Part shown: positions 28,257-38,643 of the stretch, one piece after another
How the letters are laid out: each line of letters begins with the position of its first letter
Position numbering within the stretch: position 1 is the stretch's first letter
Source: an uncultured Clostridium sp.
GTDB taxonomy: Bacteria; Bacillota; Clostridia; TANB77; CAG-508
NCBI GenBank assembly: GCA_902406115.1
Contig: CABPCL010000004.1
Coordinates: 23,995 to 87,994, forward strand
Reading direction: 5' to 3'
DNA: 64,000 nucleotides
The notes under the pieces: model-generated
What the model saw: the letters and a program-made list of their open reading frames with translations, nothing else
Database searches by the model: none
Told to the model about the DNA's origin: nothing
Program-made: the position numbers and the translations under genes

Positions 28257-29279
28257 ATGAAGGATAAAGGCAAATTTATTAAGAACTTATTGATTTTTGT
28301 GTTACTAATTATACTAACATTCTATATTTTGCTAAAAGATCAAAATATATTAGAAATATTTAGTATCATATCATCAATTAAAATACAATATATATTAGTT
28401 GGAATACTGTGCATGGCAATTTATATAATACTTGAGGCTGTTAATATAGGAAGAACTTTAAAAGCATTAAATGAGAAAAGCAATTTTTTAAGTAATATAA
28501 AATATGCTCTTATAGGTTTTTTCTTCAGTGCTATAACACCAGCAGCAAGTGGTGGTCAACCCATGCAAATATATTACATGTATAAAGACAATATATCTAT
28601 TTCAAATTCAACATTAGCTTTACTATTAAATTTGCTAAGTATGCAAATATCAACCATTGGAATAGCATTAGTTAGCTTAATATTTAATTATGGATATTTA
28701 AACAATTTTTTAATAGCATGTTTTGTGTTAGGAGTATTTCTTAACTCAACTGCATTAATATTATTATTAATAGCTATATTTTCAAAAAGAATGTCGGCAG
28801 GATTAATAAATATTGTAATAAAAGTTTTAAGATTCTTTAGAATAAAGAATATAGAACAGAAAAAAGAAAAATTTGAATATGAATTAAAGCAATATCAAGA
28901 AAATGCAGTATTTGTACGAAACAATGTTAGATTAATATTAAAAACTTTAGTGACTACACTAATTCAATTCTTGATATATTACAGTATCACATATTGGGTA
29001 TATTTATCATTTGGATTTACAGAGCATAACATATTGCAATTAATTTCAATGCAATCAGTGTTATACGCAACAGTTTCAGGTATTCCATCACCGGGAGCGG
29101 TTGGCGTAAGTGAAGGAGCATTTATGCAAATATTTAGACAGATATATCCAGAAACAACAATTAGTAGTGCTGTTTTACTAAATAGAGGGATAAATTTCTA
29201 TTTATTTGTTCTTGTTAGTGGAATAGTAATAATCATAAATCAATTAAGAATGAACAGGGAAGATAAAGTAAGGGAATAA
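28257..29279 (+). CDS. lysylphosphatidylglycerol-synthase-TM-like (flippase-like) membrane protein
   Basis: 340 aa; 8 TM helices with the MprF N-terminal / LPG_synthase_TM family pattern; no synthase domain. Confidence 0.6.
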   Translation: MKDKGKFIKNLLIFVLLIILTFYILLKDQNILEIFSIISSIKIQYILVGILCMAIYIILEAVNIGRTLKALNEKSNFLSNIKYALIGFFFSAITPAASGGQPMQIYYMYKDNISISNSTLALLLNLLSMQISTIGIALVSLIFNYGYLNNFLIACFVLGVFLNSTALILLLIAIFSKRMSAGLINIVIKVLRFFRIKNIEQKKEKFEYELKQYQENAVFVRNNVRLILKTLVTTLIQFLIYYSITYWVYLSFGFTEHNILQLISMQSVLYATVSGIPSPGAVGVSEGAFMQIFRQIYPETTISSAVLLNRGINFYLFVLVSGIVIIINQLRMNREDKVRE

Positions 29280-29284
29280 ATATA

Positions 29285-29320
29285 AAGGAGAAAACTCTTT
29301 AATGTAGTTTTCTCCTTTTG
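29285..29320. terminator. bidirectional terminator (LPG_synthase_TM-like gene / asnB)
   Basis: ggagaaaac...gttttctcc hairpin. Confidence 0.6.
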
Positions 29321-29375
29321 TAATTGTATAGGAAAAACTTAAGTTCTTTATATATGCAATAAAGATAAGTCTAAT

Positions 29376-31223
29376 TTACAATTCAATTTTAGGCTGATAC
29401 CTTTCAAGCCACATGTTAACCTGGCAAAGATATGCCATGAGCTGAGGACCTGTCATAAGTTGACCAAACCATGGTCTTGTGAAAGCATTTCCATCAGTAT
29501 CTAATATTTCCAGAATATATTCACGATTTAATAAATTATTGATAGGAGCATTTTTGTCCTCCATTATTTTGCTTAGCATTTCTTTTACTTTTTTTAAATA
29601 AGTCGGATTCCAGGTTTTAGGATATGGACTTTTTTTTCTATCAACAATTTCAGAAGGGAGGATATCCTTCATAACATAACGTAATAAGCCTTTTTCTCTA
29701 CCATTTAAAGATTTCATTTCCCATGGAATATTCCATACATACTGAGCCAATCTATAATCACAGAAAGGAACTCTTATCTCAAAACCGTTATACATACCCA
29801 TCTTATCTGACCTATCCAATAAAGTCTGCATAAACCAATTTAGTGTAAGATGTGATATCTTTCTTTTTTCTGCTGTTTCAGAAGTATCATCATCTAAGAT
29901 TTCAACATTAGATAAACTTTCATTATAACGAAAATCTATATATTCTTTTAAATCCACTTTCTCAGCTATACTTGGATTTAATAGTTGTTGCCTTTCTTGC
30001 AATGCGATAGACCAAGGAAACGTTCCGCTTCTTAAAGCATCTTCTCTAAAGAACCATGGATATCCTCCAAAAATTTCATCAGCACATTCACCAGTAAGTG
30101 TAACAGTTGCTTCATTTTTAACATGTTTACAGAATAACAATAAAGAAGAGTCTACATCAGCCATACCGGGAAAATCTCTTGCAATCATTGCATCCTCTAA
30201 ATTGTTAGCAAGTTCAGGAGTATCTAAAATGACAGTATGATGATTTGTTCCAAGTTTATGACGCATTAAATCTATATAGTAATTATCAGAATTTGGCTGA
30301 AAATCAGTTTTTACAAAATTCTTATCATTATCTACATAATCAACAGAATAAGTATTTAAAGGGGGAAGGTTATGCTCTTTGCAATAATTAGCAGCATATA
30401 AACCTATAATACTTGAATCCAATCCACCCGATAAAAAAGTACAAAGAGGAACGTCAGACACTAACTGCCTTTTTATAGCGTCTTCCAATAAATAACGTAC
30501 TGTCTCACAAGTTTTTCCTAAACTGTCAGTATGAGGTTTACTAACTAGTTTCCAATACTGGTGAAGTTCAATTTCATTATTAAAATATGATAGTTTATGA
30601 GCAGGTTTTAGCTCATAAATATTTTTAAAGGCAGTCGTTCCTGCTGTATGTGCAGGACCAATACCAAATAGTTCACAAATTCCTTGTTTATCTAATCTGG
30701 CAGATATACCAGGAAATTTTAAAATTGCTTTTATCTCAGAGGCAAATATAAAATGATTATTTATAAAACAATAGTATAATGGTTTTACACCAAAATGATC
30801 TCTAGCCATAAAAAGCCTCTTGTTTTTAGAATCCCACACAGCAAAAGAGAAAATACCATTTATCTTGTTAACCACATTCTCTTTAAAACAAATATAAGCC
30901 TTTAGTAAAACTTCTGTGTCAGAATGGCTATCAAACGTAAAGCCATATTGCTTTAATTCTTCACGAAGCTCTTTCGTATTATATAATTGTCCGTTATATA
31001 CAAGAGTATATGTATTTCCCATATACTCATAAGTCATAGGTTGCTTACCACCATCAGGATCAATAACAATTAATCTCCTGTGACCTAATAATATATTATC
31101 CTCTGTATAGTAACCACATTCATCTGGACCACGGTTACTTAGAGTTTTGTTCATGTCAATGATAATTTGTTTTTTATCAGAAATATTCTGTTTTAAATTT
31201 ACAATACCTACAAAACCACACAT
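29376..31223 (-). CDS. asnB: asparagine synthetase B (glutamine-hydrolysing)
   Basis: 615 aa; MCGFVGIV Ntn-glutaminase N-terminus; SGGLDSS PP-loop. Confidence 0.93.
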   Translation of the reverse strand: MCGFVGIVNLKQNISDKKQIIIDMNKTLSNRGPDECGYYTEDNILLGHRRLIVIDPDGGKQPMTYEYMGNTYTLVYNGQLYNTKELREELKQYGFTFDSHSDTEVLLKAYICFKENVVNKINGIFSFAVWDSKNKRLFMARDHFGVKPLYYCFINNHFIFASEIKAILKFPGISARLDKQGICELFGIGPAHTAGTTAFKNIYELKPAHKLSYFNNEIELHQYWKLVSKPHTDSLGKTCETVRYLLEDAIKRQLVSDVPLCTFLSGGLDSSIIGLYAANYCKEHNLPPLNTYSVDYVDNDKNFVKTDFQPNSDNYYIDLMRHKLGTNHHTVILDTPELANNLEDAMIARDFPGMADVDSSLLLFCKHVKNEATVTLTGECADEIFGGYPWFFREDALRSGTFPWSIALQERQQLLNPSIAEKVDLKEYIDFRYNESLSNVEILDDDTSETAEKRKISHLTLNWFMQTLLDRSDKMGMYNGFEIRVPFCDYRLAQYVWNIPWEMKSLNGREKGLLRYVMKDILPSEIVDRKKSPYPKTWNPTYLKKVKEMLSKIMEDKNAPINNLLNREYILEILDTDGNAFTRPWFGQLMTGPQLMAYLCQVNMWLERYQPKIEL

Positions 31224-31312
31224 AAAACCAATCCTTTCATATATTTTCTCATATAGGTATCATATGTTATTTATAATATTTTGTTGCTATTCGAAGTAAA
31301 TAAAAATATAAG

Positions 31313-31341
31313 TATTGACAAAGTGTAAAAAAATTAGTATA
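31313..31341 (+). promoter_or_regulatory. consensus sigma-A promoter of rpmF (TTGACA-17-TATAAT)
   Basis: ttgaca at 31313-31318, tataat at 31336-31341. Confidence 0.55.
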
Positions 31342-31415
31342 ATTTTATAGTATCAATTTTGAGACGCTATGTAAATAGATATATACAATAGATAACAGTC
31401 AAGGGGGGAATTAAA

Positions 31416-31598
31416 ATGGCACAACCAAAAAGAAGATGGTCTAAAGCAAGAACTGGTTTAAAAAGATCAACATGGAAATTAGAAAACCAAAATTTAGTTG
31501 AATGTTCACATTGTCATGAACTAATAAAACAACATAGAGTATGTCCAACTTGTGGATACTATGATGGAAAAGAAGTAGTTGCTAAATCAGAAAATTAA
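31416..31598 (+). CDS. rpmF: 50S ribosomal protein bL32
   Basis: 60 aa; MAQPKRRWSKART... with CxxC...CxxC zinc ribbon; matches the Firmicute L32 pattern. Confidence 0.9.
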   Translation: MAQPKRRWSKARTGLKRSTWKLENQNLVECSHCHELIKQHRVCPTCGYYDGKEVVAKSEN

Positions 31599-31610
31599 TT
31601 ATAAAATAAG

Positions 31611-31642
31611 TTAACAGCATTATATATGCTGTTTTTTTATTG
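31611..31642 (+). terminator. rho-independent terminator after rpmF
   Basis: aacagcat...atgctgttttttt. Confidence 0.6.
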
Positions 31643-31702
31643 CAAAAAAAAATAAAGTTTGATAATATATAATATATTAGATTTTAGGAGAAAAACAAAC
31701 AA

Positions 31703-33451
31703 ATGAAAGATATAAAAGAATACATAAATAATAATAAATGGATAAAATATCTGATAATTTCAATAATAGGTATAATTGTGTCAATACCTCTATTTTGGAT
31801 TCAAATAAAAGAAACAGATGATGGTTGGTTTCATTTAATACGATTAATTGGACTGGATAATTCTATTCAAGATAGTAGTTTTCCTTTCTTAATTGCACCA
31901 TATTTATGTAGAAACTTTGGATATAGCATAAATGTATTCTATCCACCAATAGTTACATATGTTCCATATATAATAGGGGCAATTCTAGGAAGCTTTAATA
32001 TAGGACTAAAAATATTTACAAGTTTGACAATAATATTCTCAGGAATATTCATGTATAATTTCGTAAATGAAGTAACAAAAAATGATAAGATTTCTTTTTT
32101 GGCAGCATTTGTTTATATGGTAATACCTTACAGGTTTGAAGTTATTTACAATAGATTTGCAATAGGAGAATTCACGGCATTTGTTTTTATACCTATAGTA
32201 TTCCAAGGACTATATAATTTATTAAATGGCGATAGAAAAAAACATTTTTACATTGCAATAGGTGCAATAGGATTGCTCCTTTCACATACAATTTCCACAT
32301 TATATACTGCTTTGTTCTGTGCAATTTATGTAATATATAATATAAAGAAATTCTTTAATAAAGATGTAATAAAAAAATGTATAGTTAATGTAGTGTTTAT
32401 CTTATTAGTATCTGCATTTTTTATCATTCCAATGTTTGAGTTTAAAGGACAAGCAAAATATTCAATCTTTGAACCTACTATTATGAAAACGAGTGGAAAA
32501 TATACACAAAGGAATGCTATAGAATTATGGCAATTATTAAAAGATAAAGGTGAAAAAAATGGAGTATCATTTGTAGTTGGTGTACCTACATTAGTTATGT
32601 TTTTCATAAGCATACTAGCATATAAACACATTGATAAAACAAAAAGAAACTTCTGGATTGAAAATTTCATATTTGGAATATTATCACTATTTATGTGTAC
32701 AAAAGCTTTTCCATGGCTACATATGCCACAGATTCTATGCAATATTCAATATCCTTGGAGGTTAATAGGCTTTGCAATGTTTTTCTTTGCACCTGTCTTT
32801 GCAATAAACATTTACTATCTTTTAGAACTTATAAAAAAAGAAAAGATTAAAAAAATTGTTTATATTATAGTTATAGCCATAATTTTGGTATTCACTATAC
32901 TTAGATTAAGCATATACCCAGTGCCTGGCAATACAAGTTTGGACGAGATAGATGAAAAAAGTTTAAGAGAAGATTCAAAGATTTCTCATCTTAGTCTAAT
33001 CAGAGATTATTTACCTCTTAACGCAATATTGAAACAGCATACATACATGATTTACAGAACTGATAACGTATATGTCTTAGATGGAGAAGCAACGATTAAA
33101 AATGAGGATAAAGATGAATTAAATATGACATTTGATATAATAGATGCCAGTAAAAATTCGGTTTTAGAGTTGCCATACATCTTTTATCCGGGATATAATG
33201 TAATATTAAAACAAGATAATGAGATTAGTACAAATCTTTATACAGAAGAATCTAAAAATGGATTTTTAAAGGTTACACTGCCAGAAGATGTAAAAAAAGG
33301 AACTATCACTATAAAATATACTGGCACGACAATAGAAAAAATATCATATATAATCTCAGCATTTTCTCTAATTGGATTTATATCGTATATTATATATTAT
33401 AAAAATAAGACGAAAAAAGAGGATTTAAATATAGATGAAAGAAAAAATTAA
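31703..33451 (+). CDS. polytopic membrane protein, candidate GT-C-fold glycosyltransferase (YfhO/ArnT-like), paralog 1
   Basis: 582 aa; about 12 TM helices, DD in first extracytoplasmic loop (IKETDDGWFHLIRL); C-terminal about 150-aa beta-rich soluble domain then a final TM. Confidence 0.45.
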   Translation: MKDIKEYINNNKWIKYLIISIIGIIVSIPLFWIQIKETDDGWFHLIRLIGLDNSIQDSSFPFLIAPYLCRNFGYSINVFYPPIVTYVPYIIGAILGSFNIGLKIFTSLTIIFSGIFMYNFVNEVTKNDKISFLAAFVYMVIPYRFEVIYNRFAIGEFTAFVFIPIVFQGLYNLLNGDRKKHFYIAIGAIGLLLSHTISTLYTALFCAIYVIYNIKKFFNKDVIKKCIVNVVFILLVSAFFIIPMFEFKGQAKYSIFEPTIMKTSGKYTQRNAIELWQLLKDKGEKNGVSFVVGVPTLVMFFISILAYKHIDKTKRNFWIENFIFGILSLFMCTKAFPWLHMPQILCNIQYPWRLIGFAMFFFAPVFAINIYYLLELIKKEKIKKIVYIIVIAIILVFTILRLSIYPVPGNTSLDEIDEKSLREDSKISHLSLIRDYLPLNAILKQHTYMIYRTDNVYVLDGEATIKNEDKDELNMTFDIIDASKNSVLELPYIFYPGYNVILKQDNEISTNLYTEESKNGFLKVTLPEDVKKGTITIKYTGTTIEKISYIISAFSLIGFISYIIYYKNKTKKEDLNIDERKN

Positions 33452-35135
33452 AAGTTATATTTTTATTGTTATAGTATCAATTATAGTATCTATTCCACTA
33501 TATAAAGCAGACTTTAACATTTTGGTTGATGATGGAATACAGCATGTGTGTAGACTTATGGGGACATACCAATCAATTAATGAAGGACAAACATTTCCTG
33601 TAATCATGTCCAATTTTTGCAATAATTTTGGATACTCTTGGAACATATTCTATAGCCCTATTACAGCATATGTACCGCTTCTATTTAGATTAATTACAGA
33701 CTCATACATAAACTGTTTAAAAGCATTTATTTTATTACTTACCATCTTAACTGGAATTTCAATGTATGAGTGTGTTTATAAAATAACAAAGAACAGATTA
33801 ATTGGATTATTGGCATCTACAATATATATTTTTGCACCATATAGGCTAACAGATATATACAAAAGAGTTGCAATAGCAGAAACTGCGTCATTTATTTTTT
33901 TACCAATGATATTTCAAGGTGCTTATACTATCTTTGACGATGAAGAAACAGGAAAGAAAAAATCAGGTTTGCTTTTAATATTTGGAGCAACAGGATTAAT
34001 ATTAACACACACGGTTATTGCAATGTATACAGCTATTTTTGGATTTCTGTATGTAATTATAAACATAAAAAAATTAAAGGATATGAATATAATAAAAAAA
34101 TTATTAATTGTTTTAATTTTTACTATTAGTATAACTAGTTTTTTCTGGGCACCAATGCTTGAACATAAATTAAATACAGAATATGAAGTATTTAAAGAAG
34201 GACGAATGGAAAGATCTATATATTACGAATTGGACTTATTAGATCTTGTTTATACAGAACATGGAACAAGAACGTATCAAATAGGGCTTGTTACAATAAT
34301 AGGAATTATTCTTACTCTTTTAGCATTTAAAAAGATAGATAAAAGATATAAAAAAATATATATCTTTTCACTAGTTGCTGGTATATTTAGTATTATCATG
34401 GCAATGAAATGGTTTCCATTTGAAAAGTTACCAAGTATTTTAAAATTATTGCAATTCCCATACAGAATGTTAGAATTTTCATCATTTTTCTTAGCTATAG
34501 TGGCAAGTATAAATTATGGAATATTAATTAAAAATTTTAGAGCAAGAGATGTTTTTGTGTTAAGTTGTATAATAATACTTTTGGTGGTTCCATTAAAGAA
34601 CAATATAGAATATAAAGAAGTAAAAGAAGATAAATTATGGCCAGCTGTTCCAGTTTCACAATATACAGGAAGAGTACATGCTGGATGTGCGACTTTTGAA
34701 TATTTACCAAGTAAGGCATTTGAAAATTTAAATTATGTTAAAACTAGAGAGAATAGAGTATATGTATTACAGGGAGAATCAAGCGTATATAACGAGCAAA
34801 AAAATGGATGTAATATGTCATTTGATATTTCAAACGTAAAAGAGGGAACAATTTTAGAACTTCCATATATATATTATCTTGGATATTCAGTAACACTAAA
34901 AGAAACTGATAAAACAAGTGTAAAATTAAATACAGAAGAATCGAAAAATGGATTTATACAAATACAAATAAATAAAGATATAACAGATGGAAAAATAGAA
35001 GTAAAATATGAAGGTTCATTAATAATGAAAATATCAATGTGTGTTTCAATTTTATCATTCACATTGCTTATGATTTACTATCTAAAAACTTTAGAGAAAA
35101 ATGAAAACGCAAAAACAGAAGTTGTAACAGAATAA
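33435..35135 (+). CDS. polytopic membrane protein, candidate GT-C-fold glycosyltransferase, paralog 2
   Basis: 566 aa; same architecture and about 35% identity to the upstream ORF (ILVDDGIQHVCRL...); 17-nt overlap with paralog 1. Confidence 0.45.
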   Translation: MKEKIKSYIFIVIVSIIVSIPLYKADFNILVDDGIQHVCRLMGTYQSINEGQTFPVIMSNFCNNFGYSWNIFYSPITAYVPLLFRLITDSYINCLKAFILLLTILTGISMYECVYKITKNRLIGLLASTIYIFAPYRLTDIYKRVAIAETASFIFLPMIFQGAYTIFDDEETGKKKSGLLLIFGATGLILTHTVIAMYTAIFGFLYVIINIKKLKDMNIIKKLLIVLIFTISITSFFWAPMLEHKLNTEYEVFKEGRMERSIYYELDLLDLVYTEHGTRTYQIGLVTIIGIILTLLAFKKIDKRYKKIYIFSLVAGIFSIIMAMKWFPFEKLPSILKLLQFPYRMLEFSSFFLAIVASINYGILIKNFRARDVFVLSCIIILLVVPLKNNIEYKEVKEDKLWPAVPVSQYTGRVHAGCATFEYLPSKAFENLNYVKTRENRVYVLQGESSVYNEQKNGCNMSFDISNVKEGTILELPYIYYLGYSVTLKETDKTSVKLNTEESKNGFIQIQINKDITDGKIEVKYEGSLIMKISMCVSILSFTLLMIYYLKTLEKNENAKTEVVTE

Positions 35136-35144
35136 AGAAACGGA

Positions 35145-35178
35145 AAATAGCAAGAATTCCTTGCTATTTTTTTTTATG
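35145..35178 (+). terminator. rho-independent terminator after the membrane-protein pair
   Basis: atagcaag aatt cttgctat then T9. Confidence 0.6.
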
Positions 35179-35217
35179 TATAGTAAAATATTAGTTGAAT
35201 AAAAAGAGGTGAAGTAT

Positions 35218-36549
35218 ATGAGCAAACCAACAGTAGCAATAGTTGGAAGACCAAATGTAGGTAAATCTACATTTTTTAATTATATTGTAGGAAAAAGAAT
35301 ATCAATAGTAGAAGATACACCAGGGGTTACAAGAGATAGAGTTTATGCAGATGCTAACTGGAGAGGTAGAAATTTTACATTAATTGACACAGGCGGAATT
35401 GAACCTGAATCTGATGATGTTATACTATCTCAAATGAGAGAACAAGCTAACTTAGCAATCTCAATGGCAGATGTAATAATATTTGTTACAGACATAAAAC
35501 AAGGGATAACAGCAGCTGACAATGATATTGCATTAATGCTTAGAAAGTCAAAAAAACCAATAGTTTTAGTATGTAATAAGGCAGACAACTATGGAAAAGT
35601 ACCAGATGAATTATATGAATTTTATAACCTAGGATTAGGAGAACCTCATAGAGTTTCTTCTGTTAATGCAATAGGAATAGGTGATGTGTTAGATGCAATT
35701 TATGATGAATTGCCACCAAAAAGTGAAGACGAAGAAGACGACGATGTTATTAAGGTAGCAATTATAGGAAAACCAAATGTTGGAAAATCATCACTTGTTA
35801 ACAAAATCTTAGGAGAAAAAAGAGTTATCGTAAGTGATATCGCAGGTACAACAAGGGATGCAATTGATTCTGAATTTGAAAATGAATTTGGAAAATATGT
35901 ATTCATAGATACAGCCGGAATTAGAAAAAAGAATAAAGTATCAGAAAAATTAGAAAAATATAGTGTTATGAGAAGCTTACTAGCAGTAGAAAGAGCCGAT
36001 GTATGTCTTTTGATGATAGATGCAAATGAAGGTGTAACAGAACAAGATACAAAAATAGCAGGGGAAGCACACGAAGCTGGAAAAGGCATTATAATAGTAG
36101 TAAATAAATGGGATGAATATGAGAAAGATAATGGAACTGTAGAAAAATATAAAAAGCAAGTATATGACAAATTGTCATATTTATCATATGCACCAATATT
36201 ATTTATATCAGCGAAAACCGGTCAAAGAGTAAACAAACTTTTTGAGTTGATTAATAGCGTGGCAAGTCAAAATGCTATGAGAGTATCTACATCTGTATTA
36301 AATCAAGTATTAAATGAGGCGATTGCGATTGTACAACCTCCAACAGATAAAGGAAGAAGACTAAGACTATTTTACATGACACAGGCAAGTACAAAGCCAC
36401 CAACATTTGTTGTGTTTGTTAATGATAAAGATTTATTTCATTTTTCATATGAAAGATATTTAATAAATCAAATAAGAAAAGAATTTGATCTAACTGGAAC
36501 ACCAGTTAGAATGATTGTACGAGAGAAAAGTGAAAAAGAGGGGGAATAG
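35218..36549 (+). CDS. der: ribosome-assembly GTPase Der (EngA)
   Basis: two tandem GTPase domains (GRPNVGKST and GKPNVGKSS) plus C-terminal KH-like domain; ATG at 35218 with AAGAGG RBS. Confidence 0.93.
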   Translation: MSKPTVAIVGRPNVGKSTFFNYIVGKRISIVEDTPGVTRDRVYADANWRGRNFTLIDTGGIEPESDDVILSQMREQANLAISMADVIIFVTDIKQGITAADNDIALMLRKSKKPIVLVCNKADNYGKVPDELYEFYNLGLGEPHRVSSVNAIGIGDVLDAIYDELPPKSEDEEDDDVIKVAIIGKPNVGKSSLVNKILGEKRVIVSDIAGTTRDAIDSEFENEFGKYVFIDTAGIRKKNKVSEKLEKYSVMRSLLAVERADVCLLMIDANEGVTEQDTKIAGEAHEAGKGIIIVVNKWDEYEKDNGTVEKYKKQVYDKLSYLSYAPILFISAKTGQRVNKLFELINSVASQNAMRVSTSVLNQVLNEAIAIVQPPTDKGRRLRLFYMTQASTKPPTFVVFVNDKDLFHFSYERYLINQIRKEFDLTGTPVRMIVREKSEKEGE

Positions 36550-36552
36550 AGT

Positions 36553-37161
36553 ATGATACCATATATTATAATTGCAGTTATTGCATATTTAATAGGTAGT
36601 ATTAATTTTTCAGTTATTATAAGTAAAAAAGTAGCTGGATTTGATGTAAGAGAAAAAGGAAGCGGAAATGCAGGAAGCACAAATGTACTAAGAACAGTAG
36701 GGAAAAAAGCTGCAATAGTTACTTTAATTTGTGATATTTTAAAAGGAGTAATTTCTATATTACTTGCAAAACTTATGGGAAATATATGGGGAGAATTAGA
36801 CAAAGAATTACTAATACAGTTGGCTGGAATATTTGTTATATTAGGACATACATTTCCAATCTTCTTTAAATTTAAAGGGGGCAAAGGAGTTGCTACATCT
36901 TTAGGAGTTATTCTTACAACAAACTGGCAAATAGGTTTAATATGCTTAGTATTTGCTTTAGTGTTAATGGCACTAACACAAATGGTATCTGTAGGATCAG
37001 TAGCAGCTGCAATATTATATCCAGTATTAACTATTTTTATGGCTGGAAGTTACACTATCTCAGCTATAGTAGTTGCAGTTTTGGTAGTTTTTAATCATAG
37101 AGAAAATGTGAAGAGAATATTAAGCGGAACAGAAAACAAAATAAGTTTTAAAAAGAATTAA
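36553..37161 (+). CDS. plsY: glycerol-3-phosphate acyltransferase PlsY
   Basis: 202 aa; GSGNAGSTNVLR motif; conserved der-plsY-gpsA synteny. Confidence 0.92.
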   Translation: MIPYIIIAVIAYLIGSINFSVIISKKVAGFDVREKGSGNAGSTNVLRTVGKKAAIVTLICDILKGVISILLAKLMGNIWGELDKELLIQLAGIFVILGHTFPIFFKFKGGKGVATSLGVILTTNWQIGLICLVFALVLMALTQMVSVGSVAAAILYPVLTIFMAGSYTISAIVVAVLVVFNHRENVKRILSGTENKISFKKN

Positions 37162-37176
37162 AACAAGGAGAGTAAT

Positions 37177-38160
37177 ATGAAGAAAATATGTATTATAGGA
37201 AGTGGCAGTTGGGGAGTAGCACTTGCAATTCATACAGCTAAAATGGGAAATCAAGTTAAAATCTGGTCATTTTTAGAAGAGGAAGCAGATTTAATTAATA
37301 ATAAGAGAAAATGCAAATTTCTACCAGGCATAACAATTCCAGAAAATATAACTTGTACAACTAATATAGAAGATGCAGTAAAAGGAAGCGATATAATCCT
37401 ACATGTTACACCTTCGAAGTTTACAAGAGAAACAATAAAAAAGTACAAACAATATGTAGAGGATCAACCTGTTATCATTTGTTCTAAAGGATTTGAAAAA
37501 GATACTTTATATACATTAAGCGAAGTAGCATCTGAGGAAATGCCAAATGCAAAAATAGGAGTATTCACAGGCCCAAGTCATGCTGAAGAAGTATCTTTGG
37601 AAATACCAACAGCAATAGTAATTGCTTCTAAAAATATGGACATACTATATAATATACAAGATACATTCATGAATGAAAACATGAGAATATATACTACTTC
37701 AGACGTAATAGGAGCAGAACTAGGTGGAGCATTAAAAAACATTATTGCTTTTTGTGCTGGAATAACATCTGAATTAAATTTAGGAGATAACACAACAGCT
37801 GCTTTAATTACAAGAGGTCTAACAGAAATTTCAAGATTAGGTGTGGCAATGGGTGGAAACCATAATACATTTTATGGTTTGTCTGGATTAGGAGATTTAA
37901 TAGTTACGTGTTTAAGTGAACACAGTAGAAATAGACAAGCTGGAAAATGTATTGGAAGAGGTTTATCTGTAGAAGAAACTCAAAAAGAAGTTGGTATGAC
38001 AATAGAAAGCATCGATAACATAGAAGTTGCATATGAATTATCAAAAAAATATAATATTGAAATGCCAATTGTAAGTACAGTATATAATGTATTATATAAT
38101 GGATTAAAACCATCAGAAGCAGTAAAAATGCTTATGACACGTGAAAAAAAATGTGAATAA
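37177..38160 (+). CDS. gpsA: NAD(P)H-dependent glycerol-3-phosphate dehydrogenase
   Basis: 327 aa; N-terminal GSGSWG Rossmann motif; full-length GpsA similarity. Confidence 0.93.
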   Translation: MKKICIIGSGSWGVALAIHTAKMGNQVKIWSFLEEEADLINNKRKCKFLPGITIPENITCTTNIEDAVKGSDIILHVTPSKFTRETIKKYKQYVEDQPVIICSKGFEKDTLYTLSEVASEEMPNAKIGVFTGPSHAEEVSLEIPTAIVIASKNMDILYNIQDTFMNENMRIYTTSDVIGAELGGALKNIIAFCAGITSELNLGDNTTAALITRGLTEISRLGVAMGGNHNTFYGLSGLGDLIVTCLSEHSRNRQAGKCIGRGLSVEETQKEVGMTIESIDNIEVAYELSKKYNIEMPIVSTVYNVLYNGLKPSEAVKMLMTREKKCE

Positions 38161-38190
38161 AATAGCAGATAGATAATAATAAAAACAAAT

Positions 38191-38487
38191 CTACCATGGA
38201 TATCTTTCATAAATGTAACGAATTAGTTTATCAGCATTTTGATCTGTTACATTAATGAAAACATCTTTATCTAAGCTGATCCACATATTAATTTTATATT
38301 GATCATTATTTTCAATAAAAGTACCAATCATATCTACAATTTCAAGTGGATTTTGGTACTTTTTTTGCCACTCTAATAAATTATTTTTTTCTATAATTTG
38401 GTTATCTTTTTTAGAAAAGAAACTTTTTAAAAATCTATTAATTTCATTTTCTGTATTACTATATAACATTACGATTAATTCCATCAA
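38191..38487 (-). CDS. hypothetical protein (98 aa, no recognisable motif)
   Basis: compact ORF convergent with gpsA; no family recognised by eye. Confidence 0.4.
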   Translation of the reverse strand: MMELIVMLYSNTENEINRFLKSFFSKKDNQIIEKNNLLEWQKKYQNPLEIVDMIGTFIENNDQYKINMWISLDKDVFINVTDQNADKLIRYIYERYPW

Positions 38488-38643
38488 AATCCTCCAAAAA
38501 ATTTATTTATATATAGTATTTTTCAAATATAAATAATAATACCAGAGAATAAAAGGCAATTTTTTTGGTAATAATATGAACAATAAAAAAGATGAATTTG
38601 CTAAAAAAAGTAAATTTTAACAAATGGAGGTTTTTTCCAATAT

